Shown here one piece after another: positions 10,401-21,712 of a stretch of DNA of 64,000 nt (position 1 is its first letter; each line of letters starts with the position of its first letter). Both the position numbers and the translations under genes were made by a program. The DNA is taken from the NCBI GenBank assembly GCA_012862495.1, contig BLSG01000081.1:107186-171185 (forward strand). The letters run 5' to 3'. Source of the stretch: Thraustochytrium aureum. Its lineage: Eukaryota. The notes beneath the pieces were generated by a model. The model ran no database searches, was not told the DNA's origin, and saw nothing but the letters and a program-made list of their open reading frames with translations.

Positions 10401-12257
10401 GGATGGGTGGGTAACACCGTAATNNNNNNNNNNNNNNNNNNNNNNNNNNNNNNNNNNNNNNNNNNNNNNNNNNNNNNNNNNNNNNNNNNNNNNNNNNNNN
10501 NNNNNNNNNNNNNNNNNNNNNNNNNNNNNNNNNNNNNNNNNNNNNNNNNNNNNNNNNNNNNNNNNNNNNNNNNNNNNNNNNNNNNNNNNNNNNNNNNNNN
10601 NNNNNNNNNNNNNNTTTACCAGGACCAGGTCATAACCAGACTTAATGGCATGACGTTTGATCTTTTTCGTAGGCCCTCCAGGTGAGGTGCCCCTGAACCC
10701 CGTTGTCTTGCTCCCGTCTCCGATACCCAACGCCTTGGACTTGCCGTAGGTCACCCAGTTGAGCATGTCGTCGATAGCCTTTTGCTCTGCCATGCGTGCC
10801 TCCATCTTGAGTTTGAGGAACTGTCGATTGCTGTAGTGAGCATAGAGCGCGTCGTAATGCTCACATCGGACCAGGACCGCCTGACAAACTGCGTCAAGCA
10901 ATGTCGTCTTCAGTGTGTGCCCTGAGAGTGCGTTTTGAAGGTCTTGAATTCCACGGTCTCTCTGAAGAAGACGAACCTTGCGATTGACCTTGTTGCGCTT
11001 CGACTCCCGGTTGTAGCGCCATTTGCTGTAGTTGCGGACCTCGACATCCATGGTCCCATTCAGGCGACGAGCCCCAGTTGGCCGCACAGTGGTGAGTATG
11101 TTGTAGTGCCCGACGTCGGAGGCTACGAAGTTGCGCGGGTCGCGGATATCCAACCCGAGCTTGTTTTCAAACACGCGACGAGGGTCCCAGTCGCTGTTCT
11201 CAATCGTCATCTCAGCCGTGGGCTTTTTTGCACGCTTCGAGACAGGGTGCCTCGTCTTGTTCTTGTCGAAGGAGAAATGAAATTCGAACCCGTTGGTCTT
11301 CAGCGAGAATCCCGGGTCCCAGTCGGGTCCGCGCTTCGGGATGCGAAACCAGTCGCCCAAGTTTTTGTTCTGGTCATTGACCTTATTCCACGCGTGCCAG
11401 GCCCGCTCCTGCTCCGGTGTTTTCCACTTGCCTTTGTCACAAGGCCGTGTTCGGCTCCAGAGCGACTTGAGGCTTGTCTGATCGATCGTCACGAACTTGG
11501 TGCCGGGATGCCGCTCTGGAATGATAGTGAACGATCGCAGAGCCCTCTCGTCGGTGCTGCGACGCTCGATTTCCTGCATCATCGCGTAGCGGTACTCGAT
11601 GTACAGCCCGCTTTGGCGCACTTCCTGGTAAGTGAACCTCTCCAACATGATGATGTCGTGCAGGTCTGACTCGGGGATGTCGAGCGTTTTCGGCGTGCTT
11701 TCGTAGTCCAGGGGGTCATCTTCGTCTTTGACCATGATGCGACCACAGATGAACTTGGCATGACCCTTGTACCGGAGGTCGTATTTGCAGCGGATGTACT
11801 GGACCATGTGCTGGTACAGAGCTTTTTTGTTGTACAGTTCAGCAGCAGTTGCCATCTCAGTCGCCGCGAGCATGGGGATATTTCCATGGTTAGCCGTGTA
11901 GACGAGTCCCTCACGATCACCCCAGAGTTGGTGATAGGCTTCCTCAATGCCCAACTCAGCGCACTTCTTTTTCGTAGGCTGATAGCACCCAGCCATCACT
12001 CGGCAAATGCACAGGTAAAAGAAGTCCTTGTCCAGCTTGGGGGCACGTTGCCCTCGACTAAGCTTCATCGTCACGCATGTAGTGGCCAAGAGATTGCCGT
12101 AGTACGCAGCCTTGTTTGCTTCAGGAACGACCTCCCGAATAAGATCGATCAGTTCCGGGACTTTGCATTTCTCTTTCGACGCTGGCACACAGACAGTGGA
12201 GTCCCTGGTACGCTGGTCCAGAGGAAGGCTCTCGCCTTCCCGCTTCTTCTTCCCCAT
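10378..12257 (-). CDS. Fanzor1 (eukaryotic TnpB-like RNA-guided RuvC endonuclease), about 625 aa; RuvC-II Glu, Zn finger and RuvC-III fall in the gap 10424-10614
   Basis: Starts MGKKKR (NLS-like). Fanzor1-type segments: LIREVVPEANKAAY, FTIIPERHPGTKFVTIDQTSL, FSLKTNGFEFHFSF, RuvC-I FVASDVGHYNILT (Asp codon 11115-11117), LYAHYSNRQFLKLKMEARMAEQKAIDDML, LGIGDGSKTTGFRG..GGPTKKIKR...GYDLVLV up to the gap. After the gap one frame reads LRCYPPIHPSYFDA*, resembling the RPxxF C-terminus. Intronless. Confidence 0.88.
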
Positions 12258-14048
12258 CTGCGTTTGGGGTCTGCCGGAGTCGCGGCATGCCAGCAAGTTG
12301 CCAGCCTGGCAGTTTTTTTCTGGAAGCTTCAGCTTTCCAGTTTTTCTGGAAGCTTTGCGATTTTGAACACGGTACCTTTTTGAAAATGATGTGGTTGGTG
12401 GTGTTACTTCCCTAAAAGACGGGGGGTGCNNNNNNNNNNNNNNNNNNNNNNNNNNNNNNNNNNNNNNNNNNNNNNNNNNNNNNNNNNNNNNNNNNNNNNN
12501 NNNNNNNNNNNNNNNNNNNNNNNNNNNNNNNNNNNNNNNNNNNNNNNNNNNNNNNNNNNNNNNNNNNNNNNNNNNNNNNNNNNNNNNNNNNNNNNNNNNN
12601 NNNNNNNNNNNNNNNNNNNNNNNNNNNNNNNNNNNNNNNNNNNNNNNNNNNNNNNNNNNNNNNNNNNNNNNNNNNNNNNNNNNNNNNNNNNNNNNNNNNN
12701 NNCTTACGTAAAGAGTCCATTTTCTCGTGGATTATTTAGTAAGAAAGTACACACCCCATCGCGTACCATCCAGTTCGCTGTGTTCGAGTGAGGACATGGA
12801 AGGCCAACTCTGAGTACTCACTCTACCAGGTACTCGCTCGGCAGAGAGTGAGTGCCCGGCGGCACCACGCACACTGCCAAGTACCAACGGTATTTGGACC
12901 GCGAAAGACGGCGTAGGCCTAAAATAACAAAAGGTGGGCAGCCACAGCTTGGAGGTGCAAGGCAGCTTCGCGTTGCCGTTCTGCCTGCGCGCGCGGCGAT
13001 CCGCCGAGTTGAACTCAGGCGAGCGAGTTCAGGGCCGTTGAGCGAGCGAGCGAGCGAGCGAGCGGAACTCTCGGCGAGATGTGTCAGCTCGCTCCGTGAC
13101 GCAGTTGCAGACAGCAAGGTGCAGACAGCAAGGTCGACTACGTACGCGTTTGCAGATCGGAAAATCCAAGAAATCAACCCTCCAGCCGGCGTCGGACTGG
13201 TAGAGCCGCAGATGGCGTGTCCTTGCGCTGGCTGGAGCACGCCTTGCCGGGGTGCATGCGCCCGCCCCGTTGTAGCCCCTCTGTAGGCCACAGTAGAGTG
13301 CCACGAGACGAGACGGATGGTGGTTTTGCACGCTGCTTGCGATGCAATGTCTACTGCACGGCGCTCCAGCGAATCGTTGCGGACAAGCCCAAGTCGTTGT
13401 TGTGAACCGACCGAACACACGCTCGCTGGAGCATGTTCGTTTGCGTGCGGCTTGGCAGAGCGAGGGCGGTCTGGACCGCCAGCTGCGGCCGGCTGATGGA
13501 TTCCGACCCGCCGGCGCAAGGCAGTCATGCATGGCGTTTGGGCATGCTCGCGCCCTTGGGATCCGCTTTGGCACAGTGTGTGCAGGACTAGACAGCGCCT
13601 CAGGCTGACCGGGCTCGGCTTTGCACCGCTAACGATTCAGTTGTCGACAGACGCTACCAGCTAGAGATTTTCTGGTCTTTGCGTTCGAGCCATGAGCGAG
13701 GGAGGGTGGTTTTGTCGCGCGCAACCAGTCGTCCCGCACACCTGGGCAAAGTGAGTATTGTGCAAGCTAAAAAGCTTTGCCCGCCAGGCAGCCGGTGCGC
13801 CTCGCGTTTCAGCACCCGAAAAAGAAGAGAGCCTTTTGCAACCTTTTGCATTGGAATGGATTTCGGCCGGTGGCAGCTCGGTAGTTCACCGGTAAGCCAG
13901 TTTTCTCCTCGGTGACCGAAAGTCGCCCGGTGCAACCCCGGCAGTGATAGCAAGCGAGGCATGACTGGCGGCAGACCCAGAGAAGCTTGCTGCAGCAGAC
14001 CAGATTCATTCAACGACGTTCGACCTACAAGACAACTCGAGACTCGTC

Positions 14049-14387
14049 ATGCGCAGCGCCGTCCTACTCGCCCTGGCGCTCAGCCAAGTCATGGGCGCCG
14101 ATGCGTACGATCCGTACGAGTACAGCCAAAGCAACAGTGGCGTTTGCCTGGGAGGGGCCGGCTGCGACTGCATTGGAGGAAATGTGGGTGGCCTGTGCCT
14201 CTTGACGTTTGTCGGCATTGCAGTCATCGTCGTCATCGCGGCGCTCATCGTGTGCTGCTGCTGCTGCGGCATGTGCGGGCCCCGCTGCCAGTGTAACCGC
14301 ACGCAGTTGGCTCACCCGATGATCCTGACCCAAGCCCCTGCGTTGGCGCAGGCTGAAGCGGTTAAGGCTGAGTCAAACAACGTCTAA
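14049..14387 (+). CDS. Small single-pass membrane protein: signal peptide, Cys-rich ectodomain, poly-Cys juxtamembrane stretch
   Basis: MRSAVLLALALSQVMG signal; hydrophobic helix LLTFVGIAVIVVIAALIV followed by CCCCCGMC. Confidence 0.65.
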   Translation: MRSAVLLALALSQVMGADAYDPYEYSQSNSGVCLGGAGCDCIGGNVGGLCLLTFVGIAVIVVIAALIVCCCCCGMCGPRCQCNRTQLAHPMILTQAPALAQAEAVKAESNNV

Positions 14388-14471
14388 CCCGGGCACGTAA
14401 TCCGTCCACGACCTTCGAGGAATGCAATTGTTTCGTTTCATCCCATCGACCATCGAAGAATGCAATTGTTT

Positions 14472-14601
14472 TTGTTTCATCCCAAAAGTCGTTGCCTGCG
14501 CAGATCTCCGTAGAGGCTCGTAGGCTGGCAGTGTTGTTGTTTCATCCCAAAAGTCGTTGCCTGCCCAGATCTCTGAAGAGGCTCGCATGGCGGCAGTGTT
14601 G
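14472..14601. repeat. Two diverged 65-bp tandem copies (TTGTTTCATCCCAAAAGTCGTTGCCTGC...GGCAGTGTTG)
   Basis: Units start at 14472 and 14537. A shorter GAATGCAATTGTTT duplication lies just upstream. Confidence 0.85.
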
Positions 14602-14792
14602 CAATCGTCCCCAGCGACGGTCTGGGTTTGACGGTTCCGCCGCGAAGCGCGAGGTCGAAGGGAAACGGGAACAAGTGCGCGCTGGGCCGCCTTGGAAATC
14701 TCCAAGCACGACAACACAAATAGAACGCATACATCATGATGGCCGACTGAATCTGGTTTGCTGTTAAATGTCTGCGTGCGGCGCGATTCGAC

Positions 14793-16055
14793 TTAGCGAG
14801 AGAAGTGAACCATGGCTAAGGTGCAAAGCACGACCATCGACAAGGCGGAAAAGCCCTCGCCACCCGTGGACGTGCGAAACGCATCGAGCGTTGGGCTGGG
14901 CACAGGCGCGCTTGTCCAGGCTGGCATTCTGGTTGGTTTGAATGTCGGGTTGGTCACCGGGAAAGGCGTCGGGTTGGCCACCGGGAATGGCGTCGGGTTG
15001 GCCACCGGGAAAGGCGTCGGGTTGGCCACTGGGAATGGCGTCGGCCGAGTCACCGGGAAGGGCGTTGGCTGTACCTTTCTGTACGATTGCATGGATATGA
15101 TCACGGGACCTTCAATCGTGACTGTTTGGACAACGTCCGACATCCACAAGCCGATCGAGACAAACTGGTACGAGCGCTTGGGCACGAAAGCAATCGAGTG
15201 GGTGCCGCCCACCGAACTGTAAAAGGATCGGGTACCAGGCCAAGTGAAGCACTCGAGGGGATCGCTACCAGGCAAATCATTCCACTTTGTATCAGCGCGG
15301 TTGTGGTGCTCGATGCACAGGGCAATAGGCGTGTTGGCACTCGAAAAGGAAAATTGGACCTCCACGGTGATGACGGCGCTCGTGCCATCGTTCGCTTGCA
15401 GCGTTAAACCCGAGTTGGGAATCCGGTTATTCACGCTGTTCAGTGCGTCTTGTGTCCAACTTCCGGCTTGCAGCCCCGGCGACCCCTCAAAGAGTTCCCC
15501 ATATTCCGAAGGAGGCGCTGGAGCTATGGTCATTGCAGGCTGAGCACAAACTTGCGTCTTTGCACACTTGCATTGCGGGAAAGTCATCGTCACGATTGAG
15601 TTGGTCTGCGACACCGACCTCGAGCACGCTGCTTGCGCCACTGTGCTGCCCGGGCAGCACAAAGAAGGTAACGAAGAATATGGCCCGTTGCTATATTGGT
15701 ACGACACGCCGATGTCAGACAATACCAAACGGATTGAGGTTGCTGAAAAGGAGCTTTGGGAGCCGTCGTAAAGTGCCGCCCCGGTACACGCAGCTCCAGG
15801 TGGGTAGACGCACACGTCCCTCTTGGTGCTCTTGCAGCACTTGTAGCGTTGTTCCCAAGCTGCGCCGCAGTAGTTCCAGTCCTGAAACCATGCCGACCGA
15901 GTCGTTTCTCCGTTGTGCGATGTCCCAAACGGGCAATTCGCGCTCGTTGCGCAGGGCGTCCATACCTCGTCTTCACATACCGCTTGCGCCGCTGACGCCT
16001 TGAAGCAGGCGGCGAATGCGAGCCAAATCAGGGGAGCGAGGCCGAGCTTCAGCAT
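14793..16055 (-). CDS. Secreted/surface Cys-rich protein with PTPFPV(A/T)N mucin-like stalk and probable GPI-anchor signal
   Basis: MLKLGLAPLIWLAFAACFKASAA signal peptide; Cys-rich N-terminus; five 8-aa repeats (24-nt repeats at about 14945-15070); hydrophobic C-terminus FSALSMVVLCTLAMVHF. Confidence 0.75.
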   Translation of the reverse strand: MLKLGLAPLIWLAFAACFKASAAQAVCEDEVWTPCATSANCPFGTSHNGETTRSAWFQDWNYCGAAWEQRYKCCKSTKRDVCVYPPGAACTGAALYDGSQSSFSATSIRLVLSDIGVSYQYSNGPYSSLPSLCCPGSTVAQAACSRSVSQTNSIVTMTFPQCKCAKTQVCAQPAMTIAPAPPSEYGELFEGSPGLQAGSWTQDALNSVNNRIPNSGLTLQANDGTSAVITVEVQFSFSSANTPIALCIEHHNRADTKWNDLPGSDPLECFTWPGTRSFYSSVGGTHSIAFVPKRSYQFVSIGLWMSDVVQTVTIEGPVIISMQSYRKVQPTPFPVTRPTPFPVANPTPFPVANPTPFPVANPTPFPVTNPTFKPTRMPAWTSAPVPSPTLDAFRTSTGGEGFSALSMVVLCTLAMVHFSR

Positions 16056-17340
16056 GGCTGGAAAGGTTGTGGTTCTTGGGTTTCGGTTCGGGGTTTTGGC
16101 TTGAGGCTGCTTTTGACTTGTGTTCGTTCGATCGGGGTCTGCTAGCAACTCGAAGCGCGCTTCTGCGGCCTCGCCGACGACATGGGCAGAATCAGCAGGA
16201 CTAGGGCGGCCTTAATTCGGCGACCAGATCCCGAGCCGATACCGCCTCCTTTGCAGTTCCATAGATTCTCACTTGTCCGCTGTCTCTCACCGGCACCGCT
16301 TCGGGACCTCCGCGGCGGTCATACTGTCGCGGACGGCGGATGTGCACGGTATCGTGACCTCAAGAGAGTATGTACTTGCTCAGTACTCGCAAGTCGAGTA
16401 CTTTTTCTTTTCTACGCTGGGAGTCTGTCGTTTTCTGTTTGCCAGGAGACTACTCTACGAGTACCGACGACATACCGGTTCCTTCTGCGTTTCGTGCACA
16501 CCGGTCCTGGATTTTGGGTCACCGGTAGCTGCACGAGAGTTTGTGCAAAGCTAGTCAGGTAGCTGCGCCGCCCAAGCGCCGTCATCCGCCGCAACGCGAC
16601 GCATTTGCGTGCCTGTCCGAGAGCACAGCAATTTCAATTTCACCACATTCACTTGGAAGCACTTCAAAACTGCTCGGCGCGCGCGCCGAGCTGCTTGGCT
16701 TGCCCGCAGAGCGCGAGAGAGGCGTCCGCGACGGATAAGAAATCGAGTCCGCCGGCATTCACAAACGGTGCAGAAACGGTGCAACCCTTGTCCCGTTCGT
16801 GGACCGGCAGGCAGCCACTCGGACGACAGCTAGCACCGGTGAGCTACCGGTGTATGGGCGGCGTGGGTCTGCTCCGCGCGCCAGGCCTGGCAGGCGCGGT
16901 GGTTGATGCTGGATCTGGCTTTCTCTCGTCCATGTTGTGCGCTTTGGTTGCTCTTTTGCTGACTCCAAGCTACTACTCTACTTCGTGGTTGTGAACCTTG
17001 ACGCCGCCCCGCGGGTCCTGGACGGACCGGTGATGTGCGGGATCTTGGCGCCAGTAAAGATCGTGTGAAGCTTTGGCACGAGCACCGCCTCGAGTGCGTC
17101 GAGCAAGGCACCGAGAGAGAGCAACCCGAACGACAAGTTGGGCCTCGCTGATGACGTCGCAACACGCTTGAGCACTCCGCGACGCACTCGTGCACGAAGT
17201 GCTCTCGGCGCTCCTCATCGATCCACGACACCTCCTTCACCGGCTTTGCAGTAAACTCGAATGCACGTGATGCCGCGCCCCTGAATGTCGAACGTGGTGT
17301 TGGATTGTGTTCTGAAGACGCGTCGAGCTTTAAAAAAAAA

Positions 17341-20300
17341 TCAAGTCGCTGTCGCTGCTGCAGATGAGGGCGGTGAAGCTTCTTGTCCTGGCTGGCGGCG
17401 CCGATAAAAAAGCACATAAGCTTGCGGTGAGACGACGCTCTCAGGGCTCGCCTCTGTCGTGCGCGAGTCATCCATGAGGAACCACTTGCGCGACTCGACG
17501 TTCTTGACATAGGCCGTGTAGTGGCCGCCGCCCATGCCGCCAATGTGGTTCGACACGCCGTACAAGTCGTAAATGGGCTTGGGCTGGTCTGGTGTCCAGC
17601 CGCGGATGTACGAGCTTAGGTCGAGGTTCGTGCGCGGGAACTCGACGAGGTCTCCGATCTTCTCGCGGTCGACCCACGACCGAACATACTGGTTGCGCTC
17701 GTAGTAAAACCGCTTGAGGTGCACGACGAGGATCTCTGGCGCAGTCCAGAGATCCATCTCCTTGAACGCTCGTACGAGGTCCTTGCACTTGGGGCAAAAC
17801 CACTCGTCGTTCTCCCCGAGCTGCTCGCGCTCGCGAAAGCGGTCAAAGCACATGTAGATGTTGAAGCCGTCATCGCCCCGGCTCGCGTGCGCCTCGAACG
17901 AGGAGTCGTGCTTGACCTCCCCAAGCCCGTAGTCCAGGTCGCGCTCCTCCACAGAGCGCGAGGACCCATAACTGCGCGCGTCGGCCCCAGCGCGGTCGGC
18001 GGGCGAAAGCCTCTCCGCCAAGGCCTCCAGCCCTGTATCTGTAAAGTGAACACCGAGCGTCGACAGAGTCGAGTTCCACTCCGTGTCATCGCACGCCAGC
18101 TCGGTCTTGCCGTACCCGCTGCACAGGACATACGGCGGGAGGTGGCCTGCACGGATGAGGCGCTCCGCTTTGGTTTCCTCGTCCTCGGTGGCGTCGCTCG
18201 CCTTTGACTTTGGGCTGCGCAGCGCCTCGGGCCGGTCTGCGTTCCCGTCCGCGGCTGGTGGCGCCGCGGCGCTCGACTTTAGCGGCTGGCTCTGCGCTGC
18301 CCTCGTCGTCACCTTGTCGAGGAAGCTAATGGGCGGCTCGTAGGACTCGTCAAACATGAAGCGCACGCGGTCCCAGACCCTTTGGTGCAACTCGCGGTGA
18401 GTCACAGGGTGCTCGACCACGAAAAAGTCCGGCAGGCGAAAACACTTGCTTGACTTGTGCGTCTCGAAAAAGCGCACCTCCACGAGGCTCTCTTCCACGA
18501 TAGGCTCCTCCGCCGCTGGGCCGGCGAGGCTATAGCCCGTGGTCATCCCGTTCTGGACAGGGTTGCGCATCTCGAGGAGTGCCTTGTTGGTGCTGCTGCG
18601 CATCGAGGCCGCCGTCGCTCGGCTGTCCGCTGAAGACGAGGACGCTTGCGAGGCGGCAGCGACGGAAGCGCGAGCGAGCGGGCGCGCGAGCTCGTAGGTG
18701 ACGATGTCTACGTCCTCGTCAAAGGTTTTCTCCAGCTTGTCCCTGAACGACCTGTAGGCGGGCCGAGGCGCCTCCTCCTCGACCGGGTTGAAGGCATAGC
18801 TGTGCTGCTTGTTGCCGCTGCCGATCTCGACCAAGAGCAGCTCGCGCGAGGGGATGCCCGTCAGCTCGCTGATCGCCTCGGCGGCGTCCTTGCCCTGCGC
18901 TCCTCGCTTCAGCTTGACCACGTAACGAACGAGGCGCGGCGGGCCCGAACCGCTCGCGTTGGGGTACAGGACCACGTTGTAAGCAACAGGGCGATCGTTG
19001 GGGATCGGGACGCTCCAATTCGAGTAAGGGTCAAACTTGACCGCCTCTGTCTTGCACCGCGGGCACGTCAGGTGCGAGCGCAAGAGGCCCATCATCGTGT
19101 CCACCACAACGCTGTCGTTGCGCTTGCGAAAAACCTGCCAGGACTCCTCGGCGATCTCGTGGTCTGGCCGCCCGTTCGGCTCGACGCCTTCCGTGTATGG
19201 CTTGTTCTTGACCCGGTTCAGGTCTTCGTGGAGGCCGTCGACCAGGAGGGAGAAGAGCTCATGCGAGTCTTGCTGCTGGTAGCCCTGGAACTGCGTGAAT
19301 GCGCGCCCAAGCTGCTGCTTAAAGTCCGTCGGGGAGATCACGGGAATACTTGTCGCTCCAGATGTCGTGGAGGAGGGCAGCGTAGGCCTCGGCCAACTTG
19401 CCACCCGTACCCAGAGGGTTCTTCCGGTTCAGGTCGCCTTCGTAATCGCCGCGCAAAAAGTAGTCGGTCAGCGGCAGCGTGAAGCTGAGACATTGCAGCA
19501 TCGAGTTCATGAAGCACGTGTTGCCGAGGTTGCGCAGCCCAACGACACCGCTCGCGGTTGGCGCCTCTTCGACGCCCTGCGGGCCAAAGCTCGTCTTTGG
19601 CTTGGTTGTGTGGGTGTATCGTTGTGCGATCTCCTCAGAGTCCAAGTCGACCCAGGCCTCTTTGCGCTGCGACATGAATGTACCCGTGCGGATCTCGACA
19701 AGCACGCTCCCGCGCGATGCGTCGCGGCCCTGTTCTGGGCCGTCAAGTGCGTCGGGTCCATTGCGCACTGCAGAGCCGCTCTTGACCTCTGTCCGCATGC
19801 GCTTCGCCTCGCTCTCTTCTTCGGCGTCAACGGCTCCGCCCTCGCGGGGGGTCTGGGGCGCGGAATCAGGGGGCGGAGGCCTGGCCCCGCCCCGGCGAAA
19901 GCGCTTCACTTTGGCGACTAACCAAGTGCCTTTGCCGCTGGTTGCAGAGGCAGATGAGGACGAGTAGGACGAGTATGTGTAGGAGGAGGCGTACGACTTT
20001 GGTGTCGTGGCGCGGCTCACAACGGACCGGTGTACCTCGACCTCTTCCTCCTTTCGCAGCTGCTCGCGCCAGTCTGGGACACGCGTGTAGGGCCCTTGGA
20101 GGCTGTCCTCGTCCGCGACGTCAAAGTCCTCGTCATCCTCTTCTTCAAATGAGAGAAAGTGCACACGAACCCGAACTCCATCGTCGAGCACCTCCACGAC
20201 AACGCCCTCGTGCCACCTCGAGTCCTTGCGCCGCTTGGCGTCGACTCGCTGCCCTACTTGCGGCCCCGCGCGCACAAAGGAGGCGGCTCGTCGCCGCGGC

Positions 20301-20932
20301 GCCGATCCGGGGCCGGGCGGCGCGGGGCTGTCGCGGGGCCAGGATTTGGCCTTGTCGGCTCTGACCTCGACGAGCAGCTTCCACGTCCCGAGGCCCGTGA
20401 GCACGTCGCGCACCTCTTCCTGGTACACGTCGTCTCGGACGAGGTTGAACTCGGACGATCCTCCCTCGCAGACCCAGAACCGCGTCTCTGCGTCAGGTGC
20501 AACCACCGAGCTGATGTGCTTGCGCGCCTTTTCGGCGATGCTCTTCACTTTCCCGGAGCGCGGGATAACCAGCTGTGGGAGCCCGCTGTCGCGGGCCTCG
20601 GCCTGCTCGTGGCTAGGCCCTGCCAAGTAGACGTGAAACCGCACGGGGAACATGTCCACGTAGACCTCGCCCTTGCTGTTTCGCACGGCCAGGCCACCGA
20701 TCTCGTCCGTTGTGTCGTACCACTCTTTGAGGAGCTCCCAGACGCCACTCGGTTTGAGCACATAGTCGCGTCCCTCCATGAGTCCGCGCTCCTTGAGCAC
20801 GCGCTCGCCGCCCTCGTCCTGGTCGGCTTCGGTGATGTCCGAGTTGTCGACGACCTCGGGGTCGGGCCCCTTGCCCTCCGTAAACTCCAGCCACGACCGC
20901 CACCACACCATAGAAACAGCATAGTACCGCAG
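17341..20932 (-). CDS. Ubiquitin-specific protease, USP4/11/15-like (DUSP, UBL-like, Tudor-like, split USP catalytic domain); 5' end in gap; 1-nt frameshift at about 19343
   Basis: DUSP: YYAVSMVWWRSW...VDNSDI...LMEGRDY...WELLKEWY. Cys box GLRNLGNTCFMNSMLQCL; QQDSHEL; LHEDLNRVKNKPY; WFCPKCK; HLKRF; His box YDLYGVSNHIGGMGGGHYTAY. An extra base in GGG 19342-19344 separates the two ORFs. Confidence 0.92.
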
Positions 20933-21712
20933 NNNNNNNNNNNNNNNNNNNNNNNNNNNNNNNNNNNNNNNNNNNNNNNNNNNNNNNNNNNNNNNNNNNN
21001 NNNNNNNNNNNNNNNNNNNNNNNNNNNNNNNNNNNNNNNNNNNNNNNNNNNNNNNNNNNNNNNNNNNNNNNNNNNNNNNNNNNNNNNNNNNNNNNNNNNN
21101 NNNNNNNNNNNNNNNNNNNNNNNNNNNNNNNNNNNNNNNNNNNNNNNNNNNNNNNNNNNNNNNNNNNNNNNNNNNNNNNNNNNNNNNNNNNNNNNNNNNN
21201 NNNNNNNNNNNNNNNNNNNNNNNNNNNNNNNNNNNNNNNNNNNNNNNNNNNNNNNNNNNNNNNNNNNNNNNNNNNNNNNNNNNNNNNNNNNNNNNNNNNN
21301 NNNNNNNNNNNNNNNNNNNNNNNNNNNNNNNNNNNNNNNNNNNNNNNNNNNNNNNNNNNNNNNNNNNNNNNNNNATGGGCGCCCGTTCTGGAAGCACGGT
21401 TGATCGAGCGCGCACGCACCGAGCTCGTTCGCTCGTTCGCAAATGACCGTTCGATGACCCACGACGAGTACATTCGCCGCCTTCGCGTCAACAAACTGGC
21501 AGCCTCGCAAGCGCTTGGGCGCGAGCGCAAGGCACACTATCAGAGAAGAGCAGGTCGGGCGCCGGACGTGAAGGAAAAGGCAGCGGGGCTCGCCAGTTGT
21601 GCCAAAGCCCGCTCCTTCAACGCACGGCGCAGCTCCAAGTCGAACGACGACAAGGACGCCGCCCGAAGAAACATCGGCTGGGCTTGCGATAGCCCGTGCT
21701 GCTGGAGGCAAG

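Larger units (their letters stand above)
10161..12418 (-). mobile_element. Putative Fanzor1-carrying transposable element, no transposase visible; boundaries tentative
   Basis: Contains the Fanzor ORF and is visibly more AT-rich than the flanking host genes. Imperfect inverted ends: CTTTTAGAAAAG (10161-10172) versus CTTCCCTAAAAG (12407-12418; reverse complement CTTTTAGGGAAG), 10/12 match. No clear TSD, and the gap at 12430-12701 could hide the true end. Confidence 0.55.

Noticed and set aside
10164..10423. ORF-track C-terminal extension of the Fanzor protein (YGVTHPSTHP...ESALF)
   Set aside because: The frame across the N gap is not reliable. Another frame gives a short Fanzor-like end (HPSYFDA*), and the rest looks like structured RNA rather than protein.
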